Shown: positions 7,384-15,696 of the stretch, one piece after another
Layout: each line of letters begins with the position of its first letter
Numbering within the stretch: the stretch's first letter is position 1
Assembly (NCBI GenBank): GCA_965219095.1
Contig: CBDCMT010000001.1
Location: 1,824,001 to 1,888,000, forward strand
Length of the DNA stretch: 64,000 bases
Origin: Bdellovibrionales bacterium
Lineage (GTDB): Bacteria; Bdellovibrionota; Bdellovibrionia; Bdellovibrionales; UBA1609
Reading direction: 5' to 3'
Notes under the pieces: model-generated
The model's input: the letters and a program-made list of their open reading frames with translations, nothing else
The model's database searches: none
Told to the model about the DNA's origin: nothing
Program-made: the position numbers and the translations under genes

Positions 7384-8903
7384 GCCTCCTCAAAAGAATC
7401 TGTGGCTTCCCGGAGGTTCTGGCAGTTTTCCAAGGTTATGATATAAGGCGATTTTTATAGCTTTAGAGGTTCTAAAGCCGTAAGATTTTCTCATAGTGAG
7501 TTTTACTTTGTTGTTTAAACCCTCTACAATCCCTGAGGAGAAGGCTTTTTTAGCCTTGAAGTAATTAAGAATAAGTAGCTTATGTCTTCGTATGGTTTTT
7601 GCTTCTCTTTTCATAGGTTCAATTTTTGAAAGCATGACTCGTCTCGTCCAACTGTCTATAAATTTACCAGCCCAAGTTGGTGAAACATAGGTCCATAACT
7701 GTCGGAAGTCTTCTTTTAAAAAATAACAGCGGATACTTTTTAAATTGTACTGTATTAAATGCCTTAATTTTACTTTCTCATAAGATTTTAAATTTTCTGC
7801 ATTTTTTAACAAGGGCCATCTAGCTTTTGTTAAAAGGGGTTCATACCCGTCTTCTTTCATTTTTTTGTGTTCTGAAGCTCTCACTTCGTCTAAAGCCTTA
7901 TTGAGTCTTGCTACGATATGAAACCGATCTAATATATTCAAAGCTTGACTTGCCCTTTCCTTTATTACTTTTAAATAGGGCTTCCACATATCAGAACACA
8001 CAAACTGTATATCTTTTGACTTCTCTCCTAGTAAATCAAAGAATTTTCTAAAACTCTTTTCTGTTCTTTTTTCTCCTATCCATAGCAAACGAACACTTTC
8101 TTTGCTTATTTCATAGACTAAGGTGAGATACTGATGGTTCTTTTTCCATTGTATTTCATCTACACCTATAGCTTGTATTCCCTTTAAAACCCTTTGTTTT
8201 AAACCATATTCTACGACCCATTCTACCGAAGCATAGACCTGATTCCAACTGACATGAAACTTACAAGAAACCTCTTTCCAAGACAGGTGACGACACCAGT
8301 CAGCTAAGTACTTCATGTAAAAAATTGTTAGGTTTTTCTTACCATCGGCCCAAGGTAAATACTCAACTTTTACCCCACAGCAAGGACAATTAACTCTTCT
8401 TACAAAATAAACAAAAAACACCCTGTAACTTAAAATAGGAAGGGATTCAAAGTCCCGTGATGATTTACTGCTGTCATACACTGAACAGGGCTTCTTACAA
8501 ACACTACAAAAAGCTTGGCCATTTTTACGAGCCTTAATAGGAACATTAATTGACTTTCTATCTTTTGAAAAATAAATGTCTCCGTATACAAAAGACTTCC
8601 ATCTTAAACAATCATTTAGTATAGTCTTCAAAAGCATCTCTTCCCTCCTTTTTTTTTTTTTTTGAATAACATTTTAAGGCATCTGGGAAGTAGGTGCTTC
8701 TTTTTTAAAATTTTAATGTAACACAGCAAATAAAAGCAAATAAAAGAATGTTTTTGAGTTCAATCACCGGAGGTGATAGAGGCCAGTAAGGGCCTCAAAG
8801 AACTCAAAAATACAAGATAGAATGTCTTACTCTTACTTTGATTAATATGAGCTCTTTTGGGGGATTTCTACTACTTTTCACCCACAGATTCCCGGGAGGA
8901 GCC
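7384..8903 (-). mobile_element. ISL3-family IS, complete
   Basis: Ends GGCTCCTCCCGGGAATCTGTGGG and GCCTCCTCAAAAGAATCTGTGG; 8-bp target duplication AAAAGTAC (7376-7383 and 8904-8911). Confidence 0.95.
7390..8637 (-). CDS. ISL3-family transposase
   Basis: Zn-finger CxxC pairs, IGVDE, CSDMW, LDRFH, VEGLNNKVK, YGFR. Confidence 0.95.
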   Translation of the reverse strand: MLLKTILNDCLRWKSFVYGDIYFSKDRKSINVPIKARKNGQAFCSVCKKPCSVYDSSKSSRDFESLPILSYRVFFVYFVRRVNCPCCGVKVEYLPWADGKKNLTIFYMKYLADWCRHLSWKEVSCKFHVSWNQVYASVEWVVEYGLKQRVLKGIQAIGVDEIQWKKNHQYLTLVYEISKESVRLLWIGEKRTEKSFRKFFDLLGEKSKDIQFVCSDMWKPYLKVIKERASQALNILDRFHIVARLNKALDEVRASEHKKMKEDGYEPLLTKARWPLLKNAENLKSYEKVKLRHLIQYNLKSIRCYFLKEDFRQLWTYVSPTWAGKFIDSWTRRVMLSKIEPMKREAKTIRRHKLLILNYFKAKKAFSSGIVEGLNNKVKLTMRKSYGFRTSKAIKIALYHNLGKLPEPPGSHRFF

Positions 8904-8944
8904 AAAAGTACTAACAGGGGTTTTTAGTTTAAAGAATAAGAACT

Positions 8945-9286
8945 CTAGATTGTGACTTTGCAGTACTCCGAAGGGTTGTCTGGATCATCACTTTTTGAAG
9001 CATTATTGTGCCAGTGAAGAGGTTGAAGGTTTGAGAGTTCATCTCCACCACCTTTTGCGACTGGATTAATGTGATCGATTTCCCAGCCGTATTCAGAGCC
9101 TCTATTTCCATATTGGTTGAAGTGGATTGTGGCACCACATTTATCTTGACGATTATTATTGTCGATTACTTCTCGTACAATACCATCGTCTTCTTCAGTT
9201 ATATAACTAGCTTTCTCCCAAACCTGTTCAATGATGCTTTGTTCAAAAGCATCCCCATTTCTTTTTGTATTAGGTTTTCTTTTCAT
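8945..9286 (-). CDS. Small HNH endonuclease
   Basis: GWEIDHINPVAKGGGDELSNLQPLHWHNNASK. Confidence 0.9.
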   Translation of the reverse strand: MKRKPNTKRNGDAFEQSIIEQVWEKASYITEEDDGIVREVIDNNNRQDKCGATIHFNQYGNRGSEYGWEIDHINPVAKGGGDELSNLQPLHWHNNASKSDDPDNPSEYCKVTI

Positions 9287-9590
9287 TTTTACCTCCTAAA
9301 TTTTTTAACCACTCTACTTTTCTTAATAAATTGAAGAAATGTTCATACACATGTATGTCATGGTATTGTTTATTTTGATGAACAAATTGAATAACTTTAA
9401 AAGCTTCTTTAATTTTTTGTTCGTCTTCAAAACTTATTTCAGAGGATTTGTGAAAAAGTGCCTCATGAACATTTCTAAATAATTCATCATAACGAGTTTT
9501 CCTTACTTGATCTTTTGTAAATTTTTTCCCATTTGGAAGTGATATCTCTTTCGCTTTCTTTATATTTTTCAAGCCTATGTCAATTATCAT
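9270..9590 (-). CDS. Hypothetical protein coupled to the HNH gene
   Basis: 106-aa ORF overlapping the HNH start and containing its GGAGG RBS; no recognised motif. Confidence 0.5.
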   Translation of the reverse strand: MIIDIGLKNIKKAKEISLPNGKKFTKDQVRKTRYDELFRNVHEALFHKSSEISFEDEQKIKEAFKVIQFVHQNKQYHDIHVYEHFFNLLRKVEWLKNLGGKNEKKT

Positions 9591-9867
9591 TTTAATTCTC
9601 TTTTCCTGCTTTCGCTTTAAATTACATTTTTCAATAATTTTAAAAAACTATCGGTATTTCTACCAATAATTTTTTTAGTATTACACATAAGACCTCCTTT
9701 GGCAAGATTATCTTGCCAGAAAAATGAAAAACCAGGGTTTTTAGGAAGGGAAAATGCTTTGAAAATGATATAGACTGGGTGTTTAAAGAGCCTTTAGTGG
9801 AGCTTTTCTTACTCTTGATAAGTGGGTTTTGAAAAAGAAGCTTTTTTATTGCGTTATCATTTGTAGA

Positions 9868-10152
9868 TTATTTTTTAAAAAAAGACTGAATGTCTTTAAA
9901 ACCTATGTTTTTGTTGTTTTTTTCAAGCTCTTTTAGAAGAGATTTAGCATAAGCAAGAGGGCTTTGTGTTTCTTTGATCATTCTTTTTCGGTCGATTTTA
10001 AAAAACTTTTTTTCATACTGAATCACAAGCCAAGAAAGAAGAGCCTGCTTTTTAACCTTTGTATGAGAGTCGTTGTTAAGAGATTCAAGCATTCTTTCTA
10101 AGGCATTATTCCCCTTATTTGTAATAGCAATTTTTATGAGTTTTTCTTTCAT
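9868..10152 (-). CDS. 94-aa paralogue of 4855-5136
   Basis: MKEK..KIAI.N..N..L..MLE.LN...KVKKQAL...KETQ.P..YAKSL conserved. Confidence 0.75.
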   Translation of the reverse strand: MKEKLIKIAITNKGNNALERMLESLNNDSHTKVKKQALLSWLVIQYEKKFFKIDRKRMIKETQSPLAYAKSLLKELEKNNKNIGFKDIQSFFKK

Positions 10153-10219
10153 ATTTTTTCTTTCATTCTGTTTGAAAAAGGGTAAGTAGCTATAAAGCCA
10201 TTTTCCCTTTATATTTTTC

Positions 10220-10615
10220 GGCTCCTCCCAGGAATCTGTGGGTAAAAAGTAGCTAGAAATTCCCCAAACGGGTCATATCAAGCAAAGCAAGAAAGTAAAG
10301 ATTAAGATATCCTATCTTATATTTTTGAGCTCTTTGAGATCTTTTGCTGGTCTCTATTGCTTCAGCGATTGAACTCAAAAATCTTCATTTTATTTGCTGT
10401 ATTACATTAAAATCTTAAAAAAGAAGTCCCTACTTCCCAGATGCTTTTGAAGACTATACTAAATGATTGTTTAAAATGGTAGTCTTGTGTATGGAGACAT
10501 TTATTTTTATGCTTTTAAAGTAATTCATCTTAATTTTTACTTTCTTGCTTTGCTTGATATGACCCGTTTGGGGAATTTCTAGCTACTTTTTACCCACAGA
10601 TTCCCGGGAGGAGCC
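10220..10615. mobile_element. 396-bp MITE built from two ISL3-type left ends
   Basis: ~89-bp terminal inverted repeats with 2 mismatches, starting GGCTCCTCCC. The interior holds a degraded transposase start (atgcttttgaagactatactaaatg at 10441). Confidence 0.85.
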
Positions 10616-10779
10616 AAATTTTTAAGCTTAATTTTTCGTTTTTGAGTATAAGGTTCTCTATGTATTAGAAATATTTTGTCTAAATACTTTTTTTTGAAAA
10701 TCATTTTGCTCCTTATGTTGGATTATGTTATTATAGCTAAGGTATATTTTATTCAAGCAAGCTTGAAAAGGCGTAAGAT

Positions 10780-11205
10780 ATGGTTTTATTTTCTAAGATA
10801 ATAAATAGACTTTTAATAGCTTTAGAAGTACTTTCTTATGTTTTTATAATTTTGATACCAGGTAGTATATTTATATTTAGCGATTATGTTGGTATTGGTA
10901 TGTTTTATTATTTAGTAGGTTATTGCCTTTTCTCTTTTATTCTCTTTAGAGTTGTCAGATTTGTTTTAAAGCCTTTTTTAGAAATTCATGAAGGTGATAA
11001 AAATACGGCTCCTCAAAAGAACCTCCGGGAACCCACAGATTCTTTTGAGGAGGCATTTTTTCTTTTGCCTCTATTTTTTCTTACTTCAATTATCATCACT
11101 TGGTTTAAAGGAACAGGTAATTTTATAGAAAAAGTAAAACGTGTTTTTATTGGGACAATTTTGCTTATTGCTTTTCCTGAAATCACAGAGGCTGTTTTAT
11201 CGTAA
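10780..11205 (+). pseudogene. Chimeric membrane-protein ORF joined through a 48-bp ISL3 micro-element
   Basis: Two hydrophobic halves separated by residues encoded by 11007-11054. Confidence 0.55.
11007..11054. mobile_element. 48-bp ISL3 right-end micro-element
   Basis: ggctcctcaaaagaa-cctccgggaacccacaga-ttcttttgaggaggc; recurs at 41981-42028. Confidence 0.85.
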
Positions 11206-11396
11206 CTGTTCGGAAAAATTCTAGTTAGGTTTTACCTGAATTTTAAAATAAATCGTTAAAATTATTAGTGTTTTTTAGTTTTAACCCCCTGCCTTCTTCG
11301 GACAACTACCCGTGACCCTGCTCTCCTTACATAACTGTCGTGCGAATGGGGTCACGGCTAGCTTGAAAGCAGAGGGTATGGTATAAGGAGAGGGTA

Positions 11397-11471
11397 TATA
11401 GTGACAGCGCTTAGATTTTCCATCTATTCCCCCCTAGAAGAAAAGACTGAAAACTAACCGGAAGCACTATA
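11397..11471. mobile_element. ~75-bp IS630-type miniature element
   Basis: Ends tatagtgacagcgcttagattttc and ctgaaaactaaccggaagcactata match the IS630-A IR family. Confidence 0.65.
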
Positions 11472-11524
11472 CATCGGAGACAATAGTGAAGACAATTAGG
11501 TTATGTTTTTAAGTAAAAAAATAC

Positions 11525-12991
11525 ATGGGAAATAAAAAATATATTTATAATTCAAAATTTTTTTCTCCATTTATATTGATTAAAGATAAAGGTAAAATTC
11601 AAAAAATAAGAAAAGAGTTTTATAAAATTAACCATAACAATTGGCACTTTGATAAGACAAGCGGAGAGCAAGCCTCTCAATATACATGTACAGATTTTCT
11701 TCTCTACATTGTTTTTTCATTTAATAGAAAAAATAAAAAAGGCGAAGCTCGTTTATGGTTGATTTATAGCGAAAAAGAGTTATTTGATGGATACCCTCAT
11801 ATATTTATTACAAATATTATTTCCTCAGAAGAGGGTATTGATGTTGTAGAACACAACAATATAGCAAAATCATTTTACAAAGAAGTAATGGTCACATTAG
11901 CTAATAATTTAAACTTAGAGCATGGAGAAACTATGAATGGGAAGCATAGGACTTCAATAGAGAGTACATCAAATACAGATCCAAATCCATGTTATTCGAT
12001 TAAAGAACAAATAAATAACATCTCTTGCCAACGTCCGCACCTTGTCATACTTGGAGCAGGAGCAACTAGAGCAACACTTCCCAATGGAGATAAAAACGGA
12101 AAAACATTACCTTTAATGAATGATCTTATTGAAATTCTTGATCTAAGTAAGTTAATTACAGATTGTACCTCTGAAGTACCAAACAATTTTGAAGTGTTTT
12201 ATAGTTCTATACACAAGGAAAAATCCGATCTATCTAAACAAATAGAGAGAAAGATATATGAATATTTTTCATCTGTCCAAATACCAGATAAGCCCACTAT
12301 TTATGATTATTTGATTTTTTGCTTAAGAGAAAAAGATGTTATAGCTACTTTTAATTGGGATCCTATTTTAGATCAAGCTCTTGAAAGAAGTGCCACTTAT
12401 TTTAAAAATAAATGTAGGGAGTTTCGCCTGCCACAAATATTACACCTTCATGGTAATGTTTCTATTGGTTATTGTATCGACTGTCAAACAAAGGGTTCAA
12501 TAATGACTCTTTGTCATAAATGTAATAAACCTAGAAGAAAATCTCAGTTATTGTATCCTGTATCTGAAAAAAACTATAAATTAGATGCTTATATTGAACA
12601 AAATTGGAAAGCTGTTCAAAAAGTTTTTGAACAAGCGTACATTGTAACAATTTTTGGCTATTCAAAACCTACTTCGGATGCAAAAGCTATAACGCTTTTT
12701 AAAAATGCTTGGGGGACGCAAGAAGATAGAGATCTTGAGGAATTTGAAATTATAAACACAGAGAATACGGTTGAAAGTTGGGAAGAGTTTATACACACAC
12801 ATCATTTCGAATATACAAATAACTTTTTTGAATCTAAAATTGCAAGGTTTCCAAGAAGATCATGTGAGTGCGAATGGGAAAGACTTATGGAATGTAAGTT
12901 TTTCGATGGCAATCCAATAAAAAACCGCTCTTCTTTTAAGGAGCTATATGATTTCATGGAACCACTAATAAAAAGAGAGTTAGAAAAATGA
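11525..12991 (+). CDS. SIR2-like domain protein; possible internal start at ATG 11933
   Basis: Motifs VILGAGA, ATFNWD, LHLHGNV, CxxC...CxxC, IFGYS. A GGAG RBS precedes ATG 11933. Confidence 0.75.
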   Translation: MGNKKYIYNSKFFSPFILIKDKGKIQKIRKEFYKINHNNWHFDKTSGEQASQYTCTDFLLYIVFSFNRKNKKGEARLWLIYSEKELFDGYPHIFITNIISSEEGIDVVEHNNIAKSFYKEVMVTLANNLNLEHGETMNGKHRTSIESTSNTDPNPCYSIKEQINNISCQRPHLVILGAGATRATLPNGDKNGKTLPLMNDLIEILDLSKLITDCTSEVPNNFEVFYSSIHKEKSDLSKQIERKIYEYFSSVQIPDKPTIYDYLIFCLREKDVIATFNWDPILDQALERSATYFKNKCREFRLPQILHLHGNVSIGYCIDCQTKGSIMTLCHKCNKPRRKSQLLYPVSEKNYKLDAYIEQNWKAVQKVFEQAYIVTIFGYSKPTSDAKAITLFKNAWGTQEDRDLEEFEIINTENTVESWEEFIHTHHFEYTNNFFESKIARFPRRSCECEWERLMECKFFDGNPIKNRSSFKELYDFMEPLIKRELEK

Positions 12992-13314
12992 GGAAACCCA
13001 ACACCAACCAATACGGCAAAGACTTCTCAAAAGAAGAGGAGCTTCTTGTCTGAAAAAAAGACGAAATTATTTCTGGTGAAAACCCTACTGTAGTCCGAAA
13101 AGATAAATGTGGAGCAACTATTTACTTTGATCAATATGGATATGATGAAAACGGAAAGCCTCAAAAGTATGGTTGGGAGATTGATCATATTATGTCAGTT
13201 TCAAAAGGTGGGGGAGATGAACTTTCCAATCTCCAGTCTCTTCATTGGAGAAACAATCGCTCAAAAGGTGATAATTCAGATATTCCCCCAGAATATTGCA
13301 AAATCACAGATTAA
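12988..13314 (+). pseudogene. HNH endonuclease pseudogene (paralogue of 8945-9286)
   Basis: MRKPNT...V*KK...RKDKCGATI...YGWEIDHI..VSKGGGDELSNLQSLHWRNN; in-frame TGA at 13051-13053 where the paralogue has Trp; ATGA overlap with the SIR2-like gene. Confidence 0.85.
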
Positions 13315-13469
13315 GTATAAGTTTTCTTCTTAGTCTAGATCAGAGTTTAATAACCAATAAAGAAATCCTATATCAAAAACTATTTCAACATAATTTTTCT
13401 CCCAAACCCTTCCTAAAGTATTTTTTTTAAGTTTGATATTTTTCATAGGAGAATAGATAAAAAAATCTT

Positions 13470-13750
13470 TAAAATAAAAACTCACAAAAATTGCAATTAC
13501 AGATGAGGCTAACAAAGCCCTTGAAAAAATGCTTGAAACTCTTCATAAAAACTCTCTTTTCAAAATCAAAAAACAGAATCTTTCTTCATGGATTATAGAG
13601 ACTTATGAAAAAAGTTATTTTTCAACGCCTAAAGAGGCTCAAAACCCCATACTTATGCCAAGTCCGTTATTAAAAAGCTAGAAGAGACCAAGAAAAATCC
13701 TACACTAAAGGAGATCAACAGTATTTTCTCAAAGCTAGAAGGCACACATA
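13470..13750 (+). pseudogene. Degraded copy of the 93-aa LSR-module gene
   Basis: Encodes KLTKIAITDEANKALEKMLETLHK...KIKKQNLSSWIIETYEKSYF; start lost and frameshifted; bounds approximate. Confidence 0.65.
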
Positions 13751-13825
13751 AGAACTTTATTTATACTCGGCACGTCATGTCTGTAAAATATGATTAAAAA
13801 TTGTTATTATTAAGGAGGAATTCTT

Positions 13826-14041
13826 ATGGGTAAGAACCGAAAACCTTACTCCAAGAAATACCCTATGCTAGACCATATAGAATGGATAAAAGTTGAACAA
13901 ACAGAGGAAGAGGAAAATGAAAGAATTAAAGAGATCGCAAGAATGCTCCACAGGTTTATGGAGGAAAATTGCAAAAGGAGAAAATCCCAAAAAAACAATG
14001 TATTCCAAAAAGAAGGCTTTAAAAAAAGCTTTGGACTGTAA
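13826..14041 (+). CDS. 71-aa protein overlapping the LSR2 5' end
   Basis: AAGGAGG RBS; homologous to 4561-4776. Confidence 0.7.
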   Translation: MGKNRKPYSKKYPMLDHIEWIKVEQTEEEENERIKEIARMLHRFMEENCKRRKSQKNNVFQKEGFKKSFGL

Positions 14042-15692
14042 GTATAGATTAGCGGTTTATGTAAGACTCTCTCCAAGTGATGAAATAAGAGAGGAAGGTT
14101 CTCTTATCTCTCATCCTCAAAGAATTAAAAATTTTGTTAAAATGAAAAACTCTACAGAAAAAAACTGGGGAAAAGTCATAGAAACTTATACAGATAAAGA
14201 TTTTTCAGGAAAGAATCTAAACCGCCCTGCTTTTAAGAAAATGTGTCGAGATATTATTTCAGGAAAAGTCAATGCTGTTATTGTCACAGAGCTTTCAAGG
14301 TTAAGTAGAAATGTAAAAGATTTTTGTGAGTTTTGGGAATTTTTAAAAGAAAATAAAGTTAAGTTTTTTAGTCTTAAAGAAAATTTTGACACCTCTACTG
14401 CTATGGGAGAGCTTATGGTCATTCAAGCTATTAGCTTTGCTCAATTTGAAAGACAAACTACTGTAGAGAGGATAAAACATGGAGTTCAAGCAAGAGCTGA
14501 ACGAGGTCTTTCTAATGGTGGGCAAAGGATGTTAGGCTATGATCCTCATTCTGAGAAGAAATGCCACCTTATGGTGAATGAAAAAGAAAAGCCTCTTGTT
14601 GAGTTTATTTTTAAAAAGTTTTTAGAGTTAGGCTCTCTAAGTAAAACTCTTAATTATTTAAATGAAAATGGCTATACTACAAAATCATTTCTAAACAAAA
14701 AGAAAGAGAAAAAAGGTGGCAACCGTTGGACTATGGGAACTCTTTATACTTGTCTTACGAACCTTGCTTATTTAGGGAAAAGGGAGTTAAATAAGAAAAA
14801 TCGCAACAAAGATCAATCAGAGCTGAGTCCTTCTGAAAGATATAAAGTCTATGAGAGTCAATGGCCTGCTATTGTATCCAAAGAGCTTTTTAATGATGCC
14901 CAAGCTCTTTTAGAAGTGAATAAAAAGCACACAAGGTTTAAGAAGCATTGTTATGTTCTTTCAGGCTTAGCTTATTGTGGGCTTTGTGGAGAGAAGATTG
15001 TAGGAGTTGTGGCTAACGGAAGAGATAGAAAGTATTACTACTATGGCCATAAGAGAAAGATGCTCGCTCATGGAACAAGGCATTTAGAAAGGTGTGAGCT
15101 TGAAAATGTGCCTGCTCATGCTTTAGAAGAAGCGGTTCTTTTTAGAATTAAAAACCTTATAAAAAACAAAAAACTTTTGATAGAGCTTGTCAAAAACAAC
15201 ACTTCGCAAAATGAAAAAAGCCTCAAACAGCATAAAAGCCTTATGCAGTCCCGTATAGAGGAGTTAAAGGCTATAGAAAAGGACATAGAAGGACTTACAA
15301 TGGCCATAGCAAGGGCTAAAGATGACAAAACCCAAGATGTTCTGTTAGCAGAAATGGACAAGTTGACTGAGAAGTCCCACGCTTTAAAAGAAGAGATAGA
15401 AAAGCTCAAAAAGGAAAAATCTAAAATGAAAGAAGGGCTTGTTTCAGCAGAAGGAGTGTTTTCAGCCTTAAAGCTTGTAAACAAAGAGTTACCTAAGCTA
15501 GATCGACAACAGCAAAGACAACTCCTTATGAAAGTTATAAAACGAATTGTGGTCTATAAGGATAAACTAGGGGTAGAGTATCTAGGGGAACAAAACCCCA
15601 ACTTAGACTTTGGGGTTCAAGCGGTCAAAAATTTGTCTGATTTTCGACTTGGTCGACCAACACAAACACTGTGCGGATTTTTGACCGCTTGA
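13893..15692 (+). CDS. Large serine recombinase LSR2 (true start probably about 13999-14032)
   Basis: YVRLS, LSRLSRN, AQFER, LSGLAYCGLCG; clearly diverged paralogue of LSR1. Confidence 0.95.
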   Translation: MNKQRKRKMKELKRSQECSTGLWRKIAKGENPKKTMYSKKKALKKALDCKYRLAVYVRLSPSDEIREEGSLISHPQRIKNFVKMKNSTEKNWGKVIETYTDKDFSGKNLNRPAFKKMCRDIISGKVNAVIVTELSRLSRNVKDFCEFWEFLKENKVKFFSLKENFDTSTAMGELMVIQAISFAQFERQTTVERIKHGVQARAERGLSNGGQRMLGYDPHSEKKCHLMVNEKEKPLVEFIFKKFLELGSLSKTLNYLNENGYTTKSFLNKKKEKKGGNRWTMGTLYTCLTNLAYLGKRELNKKNRNKDQSELSPSERYKVYESQWPAIVSKELFNDAQALLEVNKKHTRFKKHCYVLSGLAYCGLCGEKIVGVVANGRDRKYYYYGHKRKMLAHGTRHLERCELENVPAHALEEAVLFRIKNLIKNKKLLIELVKNNTSQNEKSLKQHKSLMQSRIEELKAIEKDIEGLTMAIARAKDDKTQDVLLAEMDKLTEKSHALKEEIEKLKKEKSKMKEGLVSAEGVFSALKLVNKELPKLDRQQQRQLLMKVIKRIVVYKDKLGVEYLGEQNPNLDFGVQAVKNLSDFRLGRPTQTLCGFLTA

Positions 15693-15696
15693 ACCC
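15613..15696. other. Symmetric attP-like junction between two convergent LSR genes
   Basis: Perfect 20-bp IR GGGTTCAAGCGGTCAAAAAT (15613-15632 and 15677-15696) centred exactly on the palindrome TTGGTCGACCAA (15649-15660). Confidence 0.75.

Noticed and set aside
11310..11392. Calling the pseudoknot an HDV-like ribozyme or a group II intron 5' end (GTGCG at 11340)
   Set aside because: Catalytic-core nucleotides are not canonical and no intron domains V/VI or RT follow; kept only as an unassigned structure.
13051..13053. In-frame TGA as evidence of TGA=Trp recoding
   Set aside because: Core genes (dnaG, rpoD) end in TGA and use TGG for Trp; this is a nonsense mutation.
15613..15696. Inverted repeat as a simple bidirectional terminator
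   Set aside because: 44-nt spacer, lies inside both coding frames, and is centred exactly on the breakpoint of homology with 2944.
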